In this document: positions 1 to 9,598 of the stretch, piece after piece
Numbering within the stretch: the stretch's first letter is position 1
Layout: every line of letters starts with the position of its first letter
Assembly: GCA_965220965.1 (NCBI GenBank)
Contig: OZ244852.1
Location: 800,001-864,000, forward strand
Direction: 5' to 3'
Length of the DNA stretch: 64,000 nucleotides
Source of the DNA: Candidatus Marinacidobacterium sp.
GTDB taxonomy: Bacteria > Acidobacteriota > Vicinamibacteria > Marinacidobacterales > Marinacidobacteraceae
Program-made: the position numbers and the translations under genes
Notes under the pieces: model-generated
Told to the model about the DNA's origin: nothing
The model's input: the letters and a program-made list of their open reading frames with translations, nothing else
The model's database searches: none

Positions 1-2
1 AG

Positions 3-332
3 CGGGTCCTGAGCGAAGCCGAGATGGCGGCGCTCCGGGTGGCGGGAAGCCGCTTGCTGGGTCTCGACGGCGAGGTCTCGCCGCTCACGCGGGCGTCGGA
101 CGAGGCGCTCGACCGGTTCCGGACCGAGCGGGAGCCGGAAGTTCTGGCTGGCCTCCTGGCGGAACTGGACCCCGAAGGGAACTGGGGGGAGGCCCCGGCC
201 ACGGTTCTGCTCACCGGGATGGTCCTGGTTGCGACATCCGCGGAGGGCGACCGTCGGTGGCGCATCCGCGAAGCCGAGAACCAGGCGCGCATCCGGGAGC
301 GCCGCGGTCCCGTGGAGGAAGCCGGTTCATGA
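3..332 (+). CDS. C-terminal part of a hypothetical protein (truncated by window start)
   Basis: Frame open from base 3; stop TGA overlaps the leuC ATG (ATGA at 329-332), typical of translational coupling. Confidence 0.5.
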   Translation, partial: RVLSEAEMAALRVAGSRLLGLDGEVSPLTRASDEALDRFRTEREPEVLAGLLAELDPEGNWGEAPATVLLTGMVLVATSAEGDRRWRIREAENQARIRERRGPVEEAGS

Positions 333-1741
333 CCTCGCGCACCCTGTTCGACAAGCTGTGGGAGGCCCATGTCGTCGCGCCCGAGGCGCCGGACCACCCG
401 GCGGTCGTCTACGTGGACATCCATCTGATCCACGAGGTGACTTCCCCCCAGGCGTTCGCCATGCTCCGGGAGCGGAACCTTCCGGTTCGTCGGCCCGACC
501 GGACCTGGGCCACGGTGGATCACTCGATCCCGACCCGCCGCATCGCGGGGAGTCCGGCGTGGCTCAACGCGGCGACCCGGAACCAGGTCGAGACCCTCGA
601 GAAGAACTGCAAGGACACCGGGATCCCGCTGTTCCAGGCCGGGGACCCGGGGCAGGGGATCGTTCATGTCATCGGTCCGGAGCTGGGTCTGACCCAGCCG
701 GGGCGCACGATCGTGTGCGGCGACAGCCACACCAGCACCCACGGAGCGTTCGGCGCCTGGGCGTTCGGGATCGGGACCTCGGAGGTGGCCCAGGTCCTCG
801 CGACCCAGTGTCTGCTCCAGGCCCGCCCCCGCACGCTCTCCCTCACGGTCTCCGGATCGCTGGCCCCCGGCGTCTTCGCCAAGGATCTGATCCTCGGGCT
901 GATCGCCCGGTTCGGAGTCGACGCCGGTCGCGGCCACGTCATGGAATACCGGGGTCCGGCGATCCGCGGCCTGGACATGGAAGAGCGCATGACCGTCTGC
1001 AACATGTCGATCGAGGCGGGCGCCCGGGCCGGGATGATCGGTCCGGACGAGACGACCTTCGCGTGGATCGAGGGTCGGCCGCTCGCGCCGGAGGGCGCAG
1101 CCTTCGACCGCGCCGTAGAGCGGTGGCGCAGCCTGGGAACCGACGACGAGGCGAAGTTCGACACCGAGCTCTCCTTCGACGCGAGCCGGCTGGAGCCGAT
1201 GGTGACCTGGGGCACGAACCCCTCGATGGCCTGCGGCGTCGGGCAGCCGGTCCCCGAACCGGCGGGCGCCGAGGCCCGGGCGGCGCTCGACTACATGGCG
1301 CTCGAGGCCGGCAAGCCGCTGGCGGGCCGCCCGGTGGACGTGGTGTTCATCGGGAGCTGCACGAACGCCCGCATCTCCGACCTGCGGGTGGCGGCGGGCG
1401 TTCTGCAGGGTCGCCAGGTGAATCCGGGAACCCGGGTGCTCGTCGTCCCAGGGTCCGGCGAGGTGCGGGACCAGGCGCGGAGCGAGGGCCTCGACCGGGT
1501 CTTCCTCGAGGCCGGCGCCGAGTGGCGGGAGCCGGGCTGCTCGATGTGCATCGGCATGAACGGGGACTTCCTGCAACCCCGGGAGCTCGCCGTCTCCACC
1601 TCGAACCGCAACTTCGAGGGCCGCCAGGGGCCCGGAGGGCGCACCGTGCTGGCGTCCCCCGCGACCGCCGCGGCCTCGGCGCTCGCGGGAGCGGTGGCGG
1701 ATCCCCGACCCCTGCTCGAGGCGGGTGGAGTCGGCGCATGA
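329..1741 (+). CDS. leuC: 3-isopropylmalate dehydratase large subunit
   Basis: [11 protein letters not shown] start, [40 protein letters not shown]; GGAGG RBS upstream of ATG 329. Confidence 0.97.
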   Translation: MTSRTLFDKLWEAHVVAPEAPDHPAVVYVDIHLIHEVTSPQAFAMLRERNLPVRRPDRTWATVDHSIPTRRIAGSPAWLNAATRNQVETLEKNCKDTGIPLFQAGDPGQGIVHVIGPELGLTQPGRTIVCGDSHTSTHGAFGAWAFGIGTSEVAQVLATQCLLQARPRTLSLTVSGSLAPGVFAKDLILGLIARFGVDAGRGHVMEYRGPAIRGLDMEERMTVCNMSIEAGARAGMIGPDETTFAWIEGRPLAPEGAAFDRAVERWRSLGTDDEAKFDTELSFDASRLEPMVTWGTNPSMACGVGQPVPEPAGAEARAALDYMALEAGKPLAGRPVDVVFIGSCTNARISDLRVAAGVLQGRQVNPGTRVLVVPGSGEVRDQARSEGLDRVFLEAGAEWREPGCSMCIGMNGDFLQPRELAVSTSNRNFEGRQGPGGRTVLASPATAAASALAGAVADPRPLLEAGGVGA

Positions 1742-2319
1742 AGCCGCTCCGACGGATCGTCTCGCGCACGGTCGCGCTCCCGGTCGACCACGTCGACACC
1801 GACCAGATCATCCCCGCCCGTTTCCTGACCGGAACCGTTCGGGCGGGCCTCGGCGCCGGACTCTTCGCCGACTGGAGGCGGGACGCCGCCGGCGCGCTCC
1901 GGTCCGACTTTCCGCTGAACCGTCCGGAGGCCGAGGGCGCGCGCGTCCTCGTGGGCGGCGCCAACTTCGGTTGCGGCTCTTCCCGCGAACACGCCCCGTG
2001 GGCGCTGGTGGACGCCGGGTTCGAGGCGGTGATCAGTCCGTCGTTCGCGGACATCTTCCGGGGGAATGCGGCGAGGAACGGCCTCGCTCCGGTGGAGCTC
2101 GATCCGGAGTCTCACGCCGAGCTGGTCGCCCGGCCCGGGTTCCGGGTCGAGATCGACCTCGATGCGGAGACGGTGACGCTTCCCGGCGGAGGCGTCGCCC
2201 GGTTCCGCCTCGACCCCTTCGCGCGCCGCTGCCTGCTCACCGGACTCTCTCCCCTGGAATTTCTCCTGTCGCACCGGGACCGCATCGCCGAGCACGAGGC
2301 CAGCAGTCCAGATCCGTGA
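1738..2319 (+). CDS. leuD: 3-isopropylmalate dehydratase small subunit
   Basis: [33 protein letters not shown]; ATGA overlap with leuC. Confidence 0.96.
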   Translation: MKPLRRIVSRTVALPVDHVDTDQIIPARFLTGTVRAGLGAGLFADWRRDAAGALRSDFPLNRPEAEGARVLVGGANFGCGSSREHAPWALVDAGFEAVISPSFADIFRGNAARNGLAPVELDPESHAELVARPGFRVEIDLDAETVTLPGGGVARFRLDPFARRCLLTGLSPLEFLLSHRDRIAEHEASSPDP

Positions 2320-2933
2320 GCCGTCCGGTCCGTTGCGGATGGGCTGCGGAGGCCTCCCTCCAGCTTCAGCGGTATCACGACGACGAGTGGGGCGTTCCGG
2401 CCCGGGATGACCGCGTCCAATTCGAGTTCCTCGTCCTCGAGTCGGCGCAGGCGGGTCTCTCCTGGACCACGATCCTGGGCCGCCGCGAGGGCTACCGCCG
2501 CGCCTTCGCCGGCTTCGACCCCGAGGTCGTGTCGCGGTTCGATGCGGGAGTCGTCGAGCAACTGCTCGGGGACCCGGGGATCATCCGGAACCGCGCCAAG
2601 GTCGAGGCGGCGGTGAACAACGCCGCCCGCTTCCTCGAGGTCCGGCGCGAGTTCGGAAGCTTCTGGAGCTACCTCGAGGGGTTCGCGGCCGCGGCGGCGG
2701 AACGGATCTGTCGGCTGCGGGATGAGGAGATCCCGCCGACGTCTCCCGGGTCGGACGCGCTGGCGGCGGACATGAAGCGCCGCGGCTTCCGGTTCGTCGG
2801 GAGTACGATCCTCTACGCTCACATGCAGGCCACCGGAGTCGTGAACGATCACCTGGTCGGGTGCTTTCGTCACGCGCAGCTCTGCCGGCGGCGCCACGGG
2901 ACCCGTCCCGGGAGGACGACGAGGCGAGGATGA
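2316..2933 (+). CDS. tag: DNA-3-methyladenine glycosylase I
   Basis: RCGW, YHDDEWG, LESAQAGLSW, GIIRNRAK, GFRFVG, NDHLVGC; GTGA overlap with leuD. Confidence 0.95.
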   Translation: MSRPVRCGWAAEASLQLQRYHDDEWGVPARDDRVQFEFLVLESAQAGLSWTTILGRREGYRRAFAGFDPEVVSRFDAGVVEQLLGDPGIIRNRAKVEAAVNNAARFLEVRREFGSFWSYLEGFAAAAAERICRLRDEEIPPTSPGSDALAADMKRRGFRFVGSTILYAHMQATGVVNDHLVGCFRHAQLCRRRHGTRPGRTTRRG

Positions 2934-4093
2934 CGCGGTTGAAGACGAACCGGACGGCGAAGCGCCTGCTGCGGGCGGCGCTCTTCGCGGCCGCGGTCGG
3001 GCATCTGTCCTGCGGCGGCGGCGACAGCGGACCGGTCGCGCCCCAGGCGCCGAGACCGGAGCCGCGGCAGCTCACCGGACTCGAGATCGTGGCGGAGCGC
3101 ACCGGGATCCGCGTGGGCCAGCAGATCGCGCCGCTGGTGGCCTACGGGCAGTACGACGACGGCACCACCGGGACGGTGAACGTCGAGTGGTCCTCATCCG
3201 ACGAAGCGGTGGTTGAGGTCGGCAGCGACGGCGTCGTGCGCGGCGCGGGCATCGGAACCGCGGAGGTCACCGGCTCCTTCGAGGAGTTCTCGGCGTCCGT
3301 CAGGTTCGAGGTCGACGAGCCCGAGCCCAGGTTCCTGGAGGACCGCCCGGATGACTTCGGCGGGCCCCAGATCCATGTCGTCTACGCGCTCCCGAGCGAC
3401 CGTGAGGACCGGAACCTGGATCGCTGGGGGAACATCGCCGTGTCCTTCGAGGCCATCCAGAACTGGCTGACCAGCGAGATCGGCTACCGGCTCCACCTCG
3501 ACACCCACCAGGGCGAACTGGACGTCACGTTCCTTCCGCTCCCGTTCACCCACCAGGAGGGCGACGGCCAGAGCGGCGGGCTGGTGTTCGCGCTGGAGCA
3601 GGAGATCCGGAGCGCTATCGGGATCGCCCCGAACAAGATCTACGCCGTCTACTACGACGGGCGGTCCGCCGGGGTGTGCGGCAGCGCGACCCTCGGCGGC
3701 CAGGTCGGGGCGGTCTATGTCCATCCCGACTGCAGCCAGGGAGCGCTCGGCGCGGATCCCGACGTCGCGTCCACCTACGAGGCGGTCATGGTCCACGAGT
3801 TGTTCCACAACTTCGGGGCGGTGGACGACTGCGCGCCGAACCAGGGCGGCGGCGCCCACGTCCAGGACGACCCGGTGGACGTGATGTACGCCGGGGCCGA
3901 TCGCGGCGGACGGGACGAGGCGGTGATCGACGTGGCCCGGGACGACTATTTCGGGCACGGACGGAGCGGGTGCCTCGACGTCGCGCGAAGCCGCTTCTGG
4001 GCGCCGGTTTCCGGCGCCGCGCAGCGCGCGGATCTCGCGCCTTCGATCGTGATCCCCCCGGCGGACCGTCCCTTCCTCTGCGACGCGCACTGA
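2930..4093 (+). CDS. Lipoprotein with Ig-like (Big_2) domain and zinc-metallopeptidase motif
   Basis: Lipobox-like HLSC-GGG; VEWSSSDEAVVEV..DG.V...GIGTAEVT Big_2 pattern; HELFHNFGAVD plus a later DVMY Met-turn candidate. Confidence 0.7.
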   Translation: MTRLKTNRTAKRLLRAALFAAAVGHLSCGGGDSGPVAPQAPRPEPRQLTGLEIVAERTGIRVGQQIAPLVAYGQYDDGTTGTVNVEWSSSDEAVVEVGSDGVVRGAGIGTAEVTGSFEEFSASVRFEVDEPEPRFLEDRPDDFGGPQIHVVYALPSDREDRNLDRWGNIAVSFEAIQNWLTSEIGYRLHLDTHQGELDVTFLPLPFTHQEGDGQSGGLVFALEQEIRSAIGIAPNKIYAVYYDGRSAGVCGSATLGGQVGAVYVHPDCSQGALGADPDVASTYEAVMVHELFHNFGAVDDCAPNQGGGAHVQDDPVDVMYAGADRGGRDEAVIDVARDDYFGHGRSGCLDVARSRFWAPVSGAAQRADLAPSIVIPPADRPFLCDAH

Positions 4094-4155
4094 CGCGGCA
4101 GCGGCGACCGGCGTCCGGCTGCTGATTCTGGGCGGCTGAACGTTTCCGGCGGCCC

Positions 4156-4215
4156 GCCGGAGTTTTCGACAGCGGCGCCCGGAGCGGGAGGCTCCCCTCC
4201 CGGCATCGTCAGGCA
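4156..4215 (+). promoter_or_regulatory. Putative pilus-regulon motif copy 1 (GTTTTCG...CGTC-GCA) upstream of pilM
   Basis: GCCGGAGTTTTCGACAG at 4156-4172 and CGTCagGCA at 4207-4215; matched at similar spacing before pilT and pilV. Confidence 0.5.
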
Positions 4216-4220
4216 GTGGT

Positions 4221-5372
4221 ATGTCGCGGCGCCCCGGATTCCGTCGCCTCGTCAGCGGGCTGGGAGTGGATCTCGGCTCGGCGGGGGTCAAGGCGGTCGC
4301 GCTCGGGTGGAGCCGCGAGGGCCTGGTCCTGCTCGGCGCCGCGCGGGAGGCGGCGCCCCCCGGGGCGGTCCGGGACGGCGCGGTGGCGGATCCCGAGGCG
4401 GCGGGCGCGACGGTGGCGCGCCTGCTCGCCCGGATCGGGACCAGAACGCGCGAGGTCGCGGTCGCTATCGGGGGGAGTTCCGTGTTCATCCGGCGTCTCC
4501 CCTTGCCGGAGGGAGATCCCGGAGATCCGACGTTCCGGGACGCCGTGGCGAGGGAGGCGGCGCGGCATGTCCCGTTCCACATCGAGTCGCTCGAGTTCGA
4601 CTACCAGATCTCCCCGAACCCCGCCGGAGGCCGCGGCAACGGGGCGCCCGTTCCGCCTCCGGGCGCCGCCGCCGAACCGGAGCGCGCCGGAGTCGTCTTC
4701 GGGGCCGCGCCGCGCGCCATGGTGCAGGCGCACTGCGACGCCATCCTCCACGGAGGCGGTCGGGTGACGCGCGTGGACCTCGAGCCCTACGCGCTCTTCT
4801 CGGCGGCTCGACTGGAGGCGTTCGGGCGAGCCTTCGCCGAGGCCTCGTCCGGGGCGTCCGGCGAATCATCCGGGGCCGGTGCGGCCATGGGGTCCCCGGC
4901 TGTGGACGAGGCCCCGCTGGCCTTCGTGGAAGTCGGCGCCGAGCGAACCGCCGCCCACGTGTTCGCCCGCGCCCCGGCCGCTCCGCCCGCCAGCAACGGC
5001 GCGGGACCGGCGGCCCCGATGGCGCCCGATCCCGGAGATCTGCTCTCCAGTCTGGAGGCTCCTCCGGGGTCCGAGGATCACGGCGCCAGGATCGCGGCGA
5101 CGCTGCGCGCCGCTCTGGTCGAGGCGGGAGTCGGGGCGCCTCTTGTGGTCCGACTCAGCGGTGGCGCGCCGGTCTCTCCGGCGGCCGCCCGGGACCTGAG
5201 CGAGGCGGCGGGCGAGCCGCCGGCGCCCCTCGATCCGCTGGCGCGGCTCCGCTGCCCCGGCGACGGTCGGCCGGGAGGCGAGGGCGCGGCCTGGGGACCG
5301 GCCTTCGCCATCGCGGCCGGACTGGCGTTCACGCAACTGGTCGACCGGGTCGCCGGCCGGAGGTCCCGGTGA
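4221..5372 (+). CDS. pilM: Type IV pilus assembly protein PilM-like (divergent)
   Basis: GVDLGSAGVKAV actin-like N-terminus, VPF..ESLEFDYQI, VDLEPYAL, LSGG, C-terminal FAIAAGLA; first gene of the MNOPQ order. Confidence 0.8.
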   Translation: MSRRPGFRRLVSGLGVDLGSAGVKAVALGWSREGLVLLGAAREAAPPGAVRDGAVADPEAAGATVARLLARIGTRTREVAVAIGGSSVFIRRLPLPEGDPGDPTFRDAVAREAARHVPFHIESLEFDYQISPNPAGGRGNGAPVPPPGAAAEPERAGVVFGAAPRAMVQAHCDAILHGGGRVTRVDLEPYALFSAARLEAFGRAFAEASSGASGESSGAGAAMGSPAVDEAPLAFVEVGAERTAAHVFARAPAAPPASNGAGPAAPMAPDPGDLLSSLEAPPGSEDHGARIAATLRAALVEAGVGAPLVVRLSGGAPVSPAAARDLSEAAGEPPAPLDPLARLRCPGDGRPGGEGAAWGPAFAIAAGLAFTQLVDRVAGRRSR

Positions 5373-6043
5373 ATCTGCGCCCCGCGGCGTCCGGCCGCCC
5401 GCACCCCCGCTTTCCGCGCCCGGCGGCGCCGTCGCGATGGACGACGATGGTCGGGCTGGCTCTGGTCGGCGTTGCGCTCGGAGCGGGCCTTCTCGAAGAG
5501 CGCGGTCTGGAGCGCCGGGAGGCGGCGGCGGAACAGGAGCTGGATCGGATCAGGCGGCTGGCCGGCGAGCGCGAACGGGCCGCCGGCGAGCTGGCGGACG
5601 CCCGCGACGCGCTCTCCCGCACGGTGCGTCTGGAGCGCCGGCTGGACCGGTGGCTGGAGGAGCGCGAGCTGCTCGCCGGGCTCCTGCGGGGGGTCGCGCG
5701 CCGCCTCGGCCCGGACGTCGTCCTCGAGACCCTGCAGCGACAGGGCGCCGGCTTCACGATCACCGGGCAGGCGGTGTCCGACGACGCGGTGTCCGCCACC
5801 GCGCGCGACCTGGGGAGGCTGGGCCCGGTCCTGGGGCTGGATCTGCTCTACGTGGAACAGATCGAGGGATCGCCGGGGAGCGGAGCCGCGGCCGGTGACT
5901 CCGGCGGCGCGGATCAGCGTTCACCGCGCGGCGCGGCCTACCGGTTCGCCCTGGAAGGAACCCTCGGCTACGTCTCTCCCGAGCCCGAACCCTTCGAGGT
6001 TGTGGTTCCGACCGGCCTCGGCGGCGAAGCCGCCCTCCGGTGA
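5369..6043 (+). CDS. pilN: PilN-like protein
   Basis: N-terminal VNLRP (INLLP-like), one TM helix, coiled coil, ITGQA ferredoxin-like domain; GTGA overlap with pilM. Confidence 0.75.
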   Translation: MNLRPAASGRPHPRFPRPAAPSRWTTMVGLALVGVALGAGLLEERGLERREAAAEQELDRIRRLAGERERAAGELADARDALSRTVRLERRLDRWLEERELLAGLLRGVARRLGPDVVLETLQRQGAGFTITGQAVSDDAVSATARDLGRLGPVLGLDLLYVEQIEGSPGSGAAAGDSGGADQRSPRGAAYRFALEGTLGYVSPEPEPFEVVVPTGLGGEAALR

Positions 6044-6660
6044 CGATGACGGTTCGCGGCTGGGTCGCCCTGCTCCCGTTCCTGATCGGCGCCGCGTTCG
6101 TTCACGGCGGGTTTCGGCTGTTCGTCCATCCGGACAGCCGGGCGGCCGCCGAGCGCCTCGAGCTTCAGGTCACCCGCGAGGGCGCTCCCGAGGGTGGAAG
6201 TTCCCCGGAGCGCGACCCCGGACTCGTCCTCGCCGAGACCGCCCGGCTGGAAGAGGAACTGGCGCTCCGGCGGACGCGCGTGAGGAGCCTGTGGGCGCCG
6301 CTCGCGCCGACGGCCGACCCTGACGAAGTTCTCCACTCGCTGCGGGCGGTCGCCGCGAGAGAGCAGGTCGAGGTCCTCCGGTTCGCGCCCGAGGCCGAGG
6401 TCCGGCTCGACCGGTTCCGCGCGCGCGCCGTGCGCCTGGCGCTCGAGGGCGGGTTCTTCGGCCTGCTGGGGTTCCTGGATCGGGTGTCCGCGCTGCCGCA
6501 ACTCGTGCTGATCGAGGACGCGCAATTCGACGCGGCGCCGACGTCCGGAGGGCGGCTCCGGGCGCGGCTCACCGCCATCGCCGTGCGCGGGGAAGGCCCA
6601 CCGTTTCCGGTCGATGCCGGGACGGATCGGGCGGACTCCCGGGAGAGTCGCCAGGAATGA
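6040..6660 (+). CDS. pilO: PilO-like protein
   Basis: N-terminal TM, coiled coil, LEGGFFGLLGFLDRVSALPQLV PilO-type motif. Confidence 0.8.
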   Translation: MTMTVRGWVALLPFLIGAAFVHGGFRLFVHPDSRAAAERLELQVTREGAPEGGSSPERDPGLVLAETARLEEELALRRTRVRSLWAPLAPTADPDEVLHSLRAVAAREQVEVLRFAPEAEVRLDRFRARAVRLALEGGFFGLLGFLDRVSALPQLVLIEDAQFDAAPTSGGRLRARLTAIAVRGEGPPFPVDAGTDRADSRESRQE

Positions 6661-7106
6661 ACGCTTTCCGCTTCTCCGGCGCCGTTCTGGCGCTCCTGGT
6701 CGCGTCCCCTGCGCCGTCGCCCGGCGTGATCCTTCAGCCGCGACCGGAGCTGGATGTCGACGCCGGGGAACGCGATCCGTTTTCCTGGCCGGAGGGACCG
6801 CCGGGGGTCCCGCGGGCCCCGGGGCTCGCCGGGGTCTCGATCCGGGAGGCCTTGCTCCGCGGAATCGTCCTGCTGAGCGGAACCGGGGGTGACGCCGTCA
6901 GCCACGGGGCGCTCGGTCTCCTCATCCTGGAGTCGCCGATGGGCGCCGGGTTCGTCGTCGCGCCGGGAGACCGGCTGCGGGACGGCTTTCTGGAGCGCGT
7001 CGAGGCGGGAGGGGCGGTCTTCCGCGAGTTCGGCGACCAGGGGGCCGAAGTGTTCCGGCCGCTGGACGAGCCGGGCGCCTCGGGTGAAGCGGATCGGAGG
7101 CCGTGA
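6657..7106 (+). CDS. pilP: PilP-like protein
   Basis: Signal peptide, RDPF motif, L.GIV, GD.L.DG; lies between pilO and pilQ; no lipobox Cys. Confidence 0.65.
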   Translation: MNAFRFSGAVLALLVASPAPSPGVILQPRPELDVDAGERDPFSWPEGPPGVPRAPGLAGVSIREALLRGIVLLSGTGGDAVSHGALGLLILESPMGAGFVVAPGDRLRDGFLERVEAGGAVFREFGDQGAEVFRPLDEPGASGEADRRP

Positions 7107-9016
7107 TGTTCTCCCGCCCGGCCGCTCTCGCTGCCGCTCTCACCGCCGCTCTCGCGGTCGCTGCGCCCGCGGCGACCCAGGCTCCGGAAGCGGAACGGAC
7201 GACGGCGCGCATCGTGGAGCGGGTGGAGCTTCGTCAGGAAGACGGCCGGACGCTCATCCGGCTCGCCGCGGACGGCGCCCTCGAAGCGACCTCGGTCATC
7301 CGGGCGGGAGAGCTGCTCCGCGTGCTGTTGCCGCCGGTGGACCTGAACGGTCGGGGCGGCGTCTGGGAGGCCGGAACCGGCGAGGTCGTCTCGGTCGGTC
7401 TCCACGGGGGGACCGGCGAGGGCGCCGAGCTGCAACTGGTTCTCTGGCCCCGGGTCTCCTGCGACCTCCTGCGGGTGGAGTCCGGCCTCGAAGTGGAATG
7501 CGCCGGGCCCCCGCTCGCGGCGCCCGCATCCACTCCCGAGCCGGAACCCCCGTCTCCTCCCGTTCCGCAGCCCCCGGGCTCCCCGGCGCCGGAGGCCGCA
7601 TCCTCCGCGCCGCCCGAGCCCGCTTCCGCGCCGGCGTCCGAGCCCGCGCCTCCGGCGGCGGACCCGGGGGCCGACCCTCCGGGCGAAGGGGAGTCCGGGG
7701 ACGACGGACTCCAGCCACCGCCTCCACCGCCCGGCGCGGAGGACGCCGCCGAGCGGGTCACGCTCGACTTCCGTGACGCCGACCTTCGCGATGTGCTGCG
7801 GGTGCTCAGCGAGGTGAGCGGGCTCGACTTCGTGCTGCAGCCGGGCGTCGCCGGGAGGGTCTCGCTCCGGCTCACCGAAACGCCCTGGGATCAGGCGCTC
7901 GACGTGATCCTCCGCACCCATCAGCTCGGTCATGTCCTCGAGGGCGGCGTCCTCCGGGTGGGCCGGCTCCCGGACCTCATGGCGGAGCGCCGCGAGCTTC
8001 AGATGCACGAGGAGGAGCGGGCGCTCGCCGGAGATCTGCTCACCGCTCGCCACCGTCTGGCGTACGTCCGTCCCGAAGAGGTCCGCGAGACGCTCGAGGC
8101 GCGGCTCAGCGACCGGGGGTTGCTGGTGGCCGATCCCCGCACCGGGACGGTGCTCATCCGGGATGTCGAGAGCCGGATCCACGAGATCGAGGACCTGATC
8201 GAGGCGCTCGACATTCCGGTTCCGGGGGTGGAAATCGAGTCCCGGATCGTCCTCGCGTCGCGGACCCTCTCGCAGCGGCTCGGGATCCAGTGGGGCGGCG
8301 GCCTGGTGGATCGGGACACCGGGGTCGGCTTCCCCGAGTCGGTGATCGTCGGCGGCGACGCCATCGGATCGGATACCGGATCGTTCACGACTCCCGGAAG
8401 CGGTGGAGTTCGGCCGCCCGCCGCCGAGTCGGGACCCCGGCCCGGCTACGGAGTCGACCTGCCGATCTCCGAGCTCCCCACCGGGGTGCTTGGGCTCGCG
8501 CTCGGCGCCCTCGGCGGGCTCGCCCACCTTGACTTCGCGCTGGCGGCGGCGGAACGGGACGGCGAGGTCCGGGTGCTCTCCGCGCCGCGGATCGTGGCCC
8601 AGAACGCCCGCCCGGCCACGATCAAGCAGGGAGTCACCTTCCCGGTCCAGGTGGTGGCGAACAACACCGTCACCGTCCAGTTCCAGGACGCGGTCCTCGA
8701 GCTCACCGTGACGCCCCAGGTGAGTCCCCGGGGCAGCGTGCTGCTCGATCTCGAGGTCAGCAACGACAGCCTGGACTTCGGCCAGTCGGTGGGAGGCATC
8801 CCGAGCATCGTGACCCAGCGCGCCACCACGAGGGTTCGGGTGGCCGACGGGGAGACCACCGTCATCGGAGGGGTCTTCGCCCAGCGGGAGTCCGAAAACC
8901 GCGGTCGGGTGCCCGCGCTTCACCGGATTCCGCTGCTGGGACACCTGTTCCGGTCGCGCGAGGAAGTCCGCCGCCAGGACGAGCTGCTGATCTTCCTCAC
9001 GCCCCGCATCCGGTGA
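7103..9016 (+). CDS. pilQ: Type IV pilus secretin PilQ
   Basis: VTLDFRDADLRDVL, PWDQALDVIL, LSAPRI, DGETTVIGG, P.LHRIPLLGHLFR, ELLIFLTPRI; Pro/Ala-rich linker. Confidence 0.93.
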   Translation: MMFSRPAALAAALTAALAVAAPAATQAPEAERTTARIVERVELRQEDGRTLIRLAADGALEATSVIRAGELLRVLLPPVDLNGRGGVWEAGTGEVVSVGLHGGTGEGAELQLVLWPRVSCDLLRVESGLEVECAGPPLAAPASTPEPEPPSPPVPQPPGSPAPEAASSAPPEPASAPASEPAPPAADPGADPPGEGESGDDGLQPPPPPPGAEDAAERVTLDFRDADLRDVLRVLSEVSGLDFVLQPGVAGRVSLRLTETPWDQALDVILRTHQLGHVLEGGVLRVGRLPDLMAERRELQMHEEERALAGDLLTARHRLAYVRPEEVRETLEARLSDRGLLVADPRTGTVLIRDVESRIHEIEDLIEALDIPVPGVEIESRIVLASRTLSQRLGIQWGGGLVDRDTGVGFPESVIVGGDAIGSDTGSFTTPGSGGVRPPAAESGPRPGYGVDLPISELPTGVLGLALGALGGLAHLDFALAAAERDGEVRVLSAPRIVAQNARPATIKQGVTFPVQVVANNTVTVQFQDAVLELTVTPQVSPRGSVLLDLEVSNDSLDFGQSVGGIPSIVTQRATTRVRVADGETTVIGGVFAQRESENRGRVPALHRIPLLGHLFRSREEVRRQDELLIFLTPRIR

Positions 9017-9034
9017 GCCCCGGCATGTCCGGCG

Positions 9035-9043
9035 TGTGATAAT
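9035..9043 (+). promoter_or_regulatory. Putative extended -10 box (TGTGATAAT) for the accBC-thiE-folD-coaE unit
   Basis: Only AT-rich patch in the pilQ-accB gap; resembles TGnTATAAT. Confidence 0.4.
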
Positions 9044-9078
9044 TTCAAGCCTCCGCGGGCCGAGACCCGCTGTCCCTC

Positions 9079-9561
9079 GTGCCCGCTCCCCCGTCCACCG
9101 AACCGACCCTCGCCGAACTGCTCGAGGCTCTCGACCGGTTGGCCGACACCGACTTCCACGAGGTCGAGTTGCGGTTCCGCGGGGCGCGCCTCCGGGTCTC
9201 CCGGGGGCCGCAGATTGTCCCGGCGGCGCCGGTCGCGGCCGCCCCCGGCGTCCCCGCGCCTCCCGCGCCCGCGGCGGCTCCCGTTGACGCGGCCGCCGGG
9301 ACAACGGGCGGCGGCGACGGACTCGACACCGTCAGTTCTCCCATGGTCGGCACCTTCTACCGGCGCCCCCGCCCGGATGCGGATCCCTTCGTCCAGGTCG
9401 GCGACCGGGTGAAGAAGGGACAGGTGCTCTGCATCATCGAGGCCATGAAGCTCATGAACAACATCGAGGCGGACGCCGCGGGCGAGGTCGTCGAGGTGCT
9501 CCCCGAGGACGGCGCAACGGTTCAGTTCGGGGACCCGCTGTTCCTCGTGCGCCCGGCCTGA
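9079..9561 (+). CDS. accB: Acetyl-CoA carboxylase biotin carboxyl carrier protein
   Basis: SPMVGTFY, IEAMKLMN biotinylation motif, Ala/Pro linker. Confidence 0.96.
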   Translation: MPAPPSTEPTLAELLEALDRLADTDFHEVELRFRGARLRVSRGPQIVPAAPVAAAPGVPAPPAPAAAPVDAAAGTTGGGDGLDTVSSPMVGTFYRRPRPDADPFVQVGDRVKKGQVLCIIEAMKLMNNIEADAAGEVVEVLPEDGATVQFGDPLFLVRPA

Positions 9562-9598
9562 CGGCCCGCCCGGCGGAACGCGGAGAGCGCCCGGCGCC

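Noticed and set aside
4201-4215. Sigma-54 promoter reading of the pilus motif
   Set aside because: GG-to-GC spacing is 9, 11 and 10 nt in the three leaders, whereas sigma-54 needs strictly 10, and TGGCAC/TTGC matches are poor
7510-7735. Pro/Ala/Glu-rich quasi-repeats in pilQ
   Set aside because: Ordinary low-complexity linker; no exact DNA tandem unit
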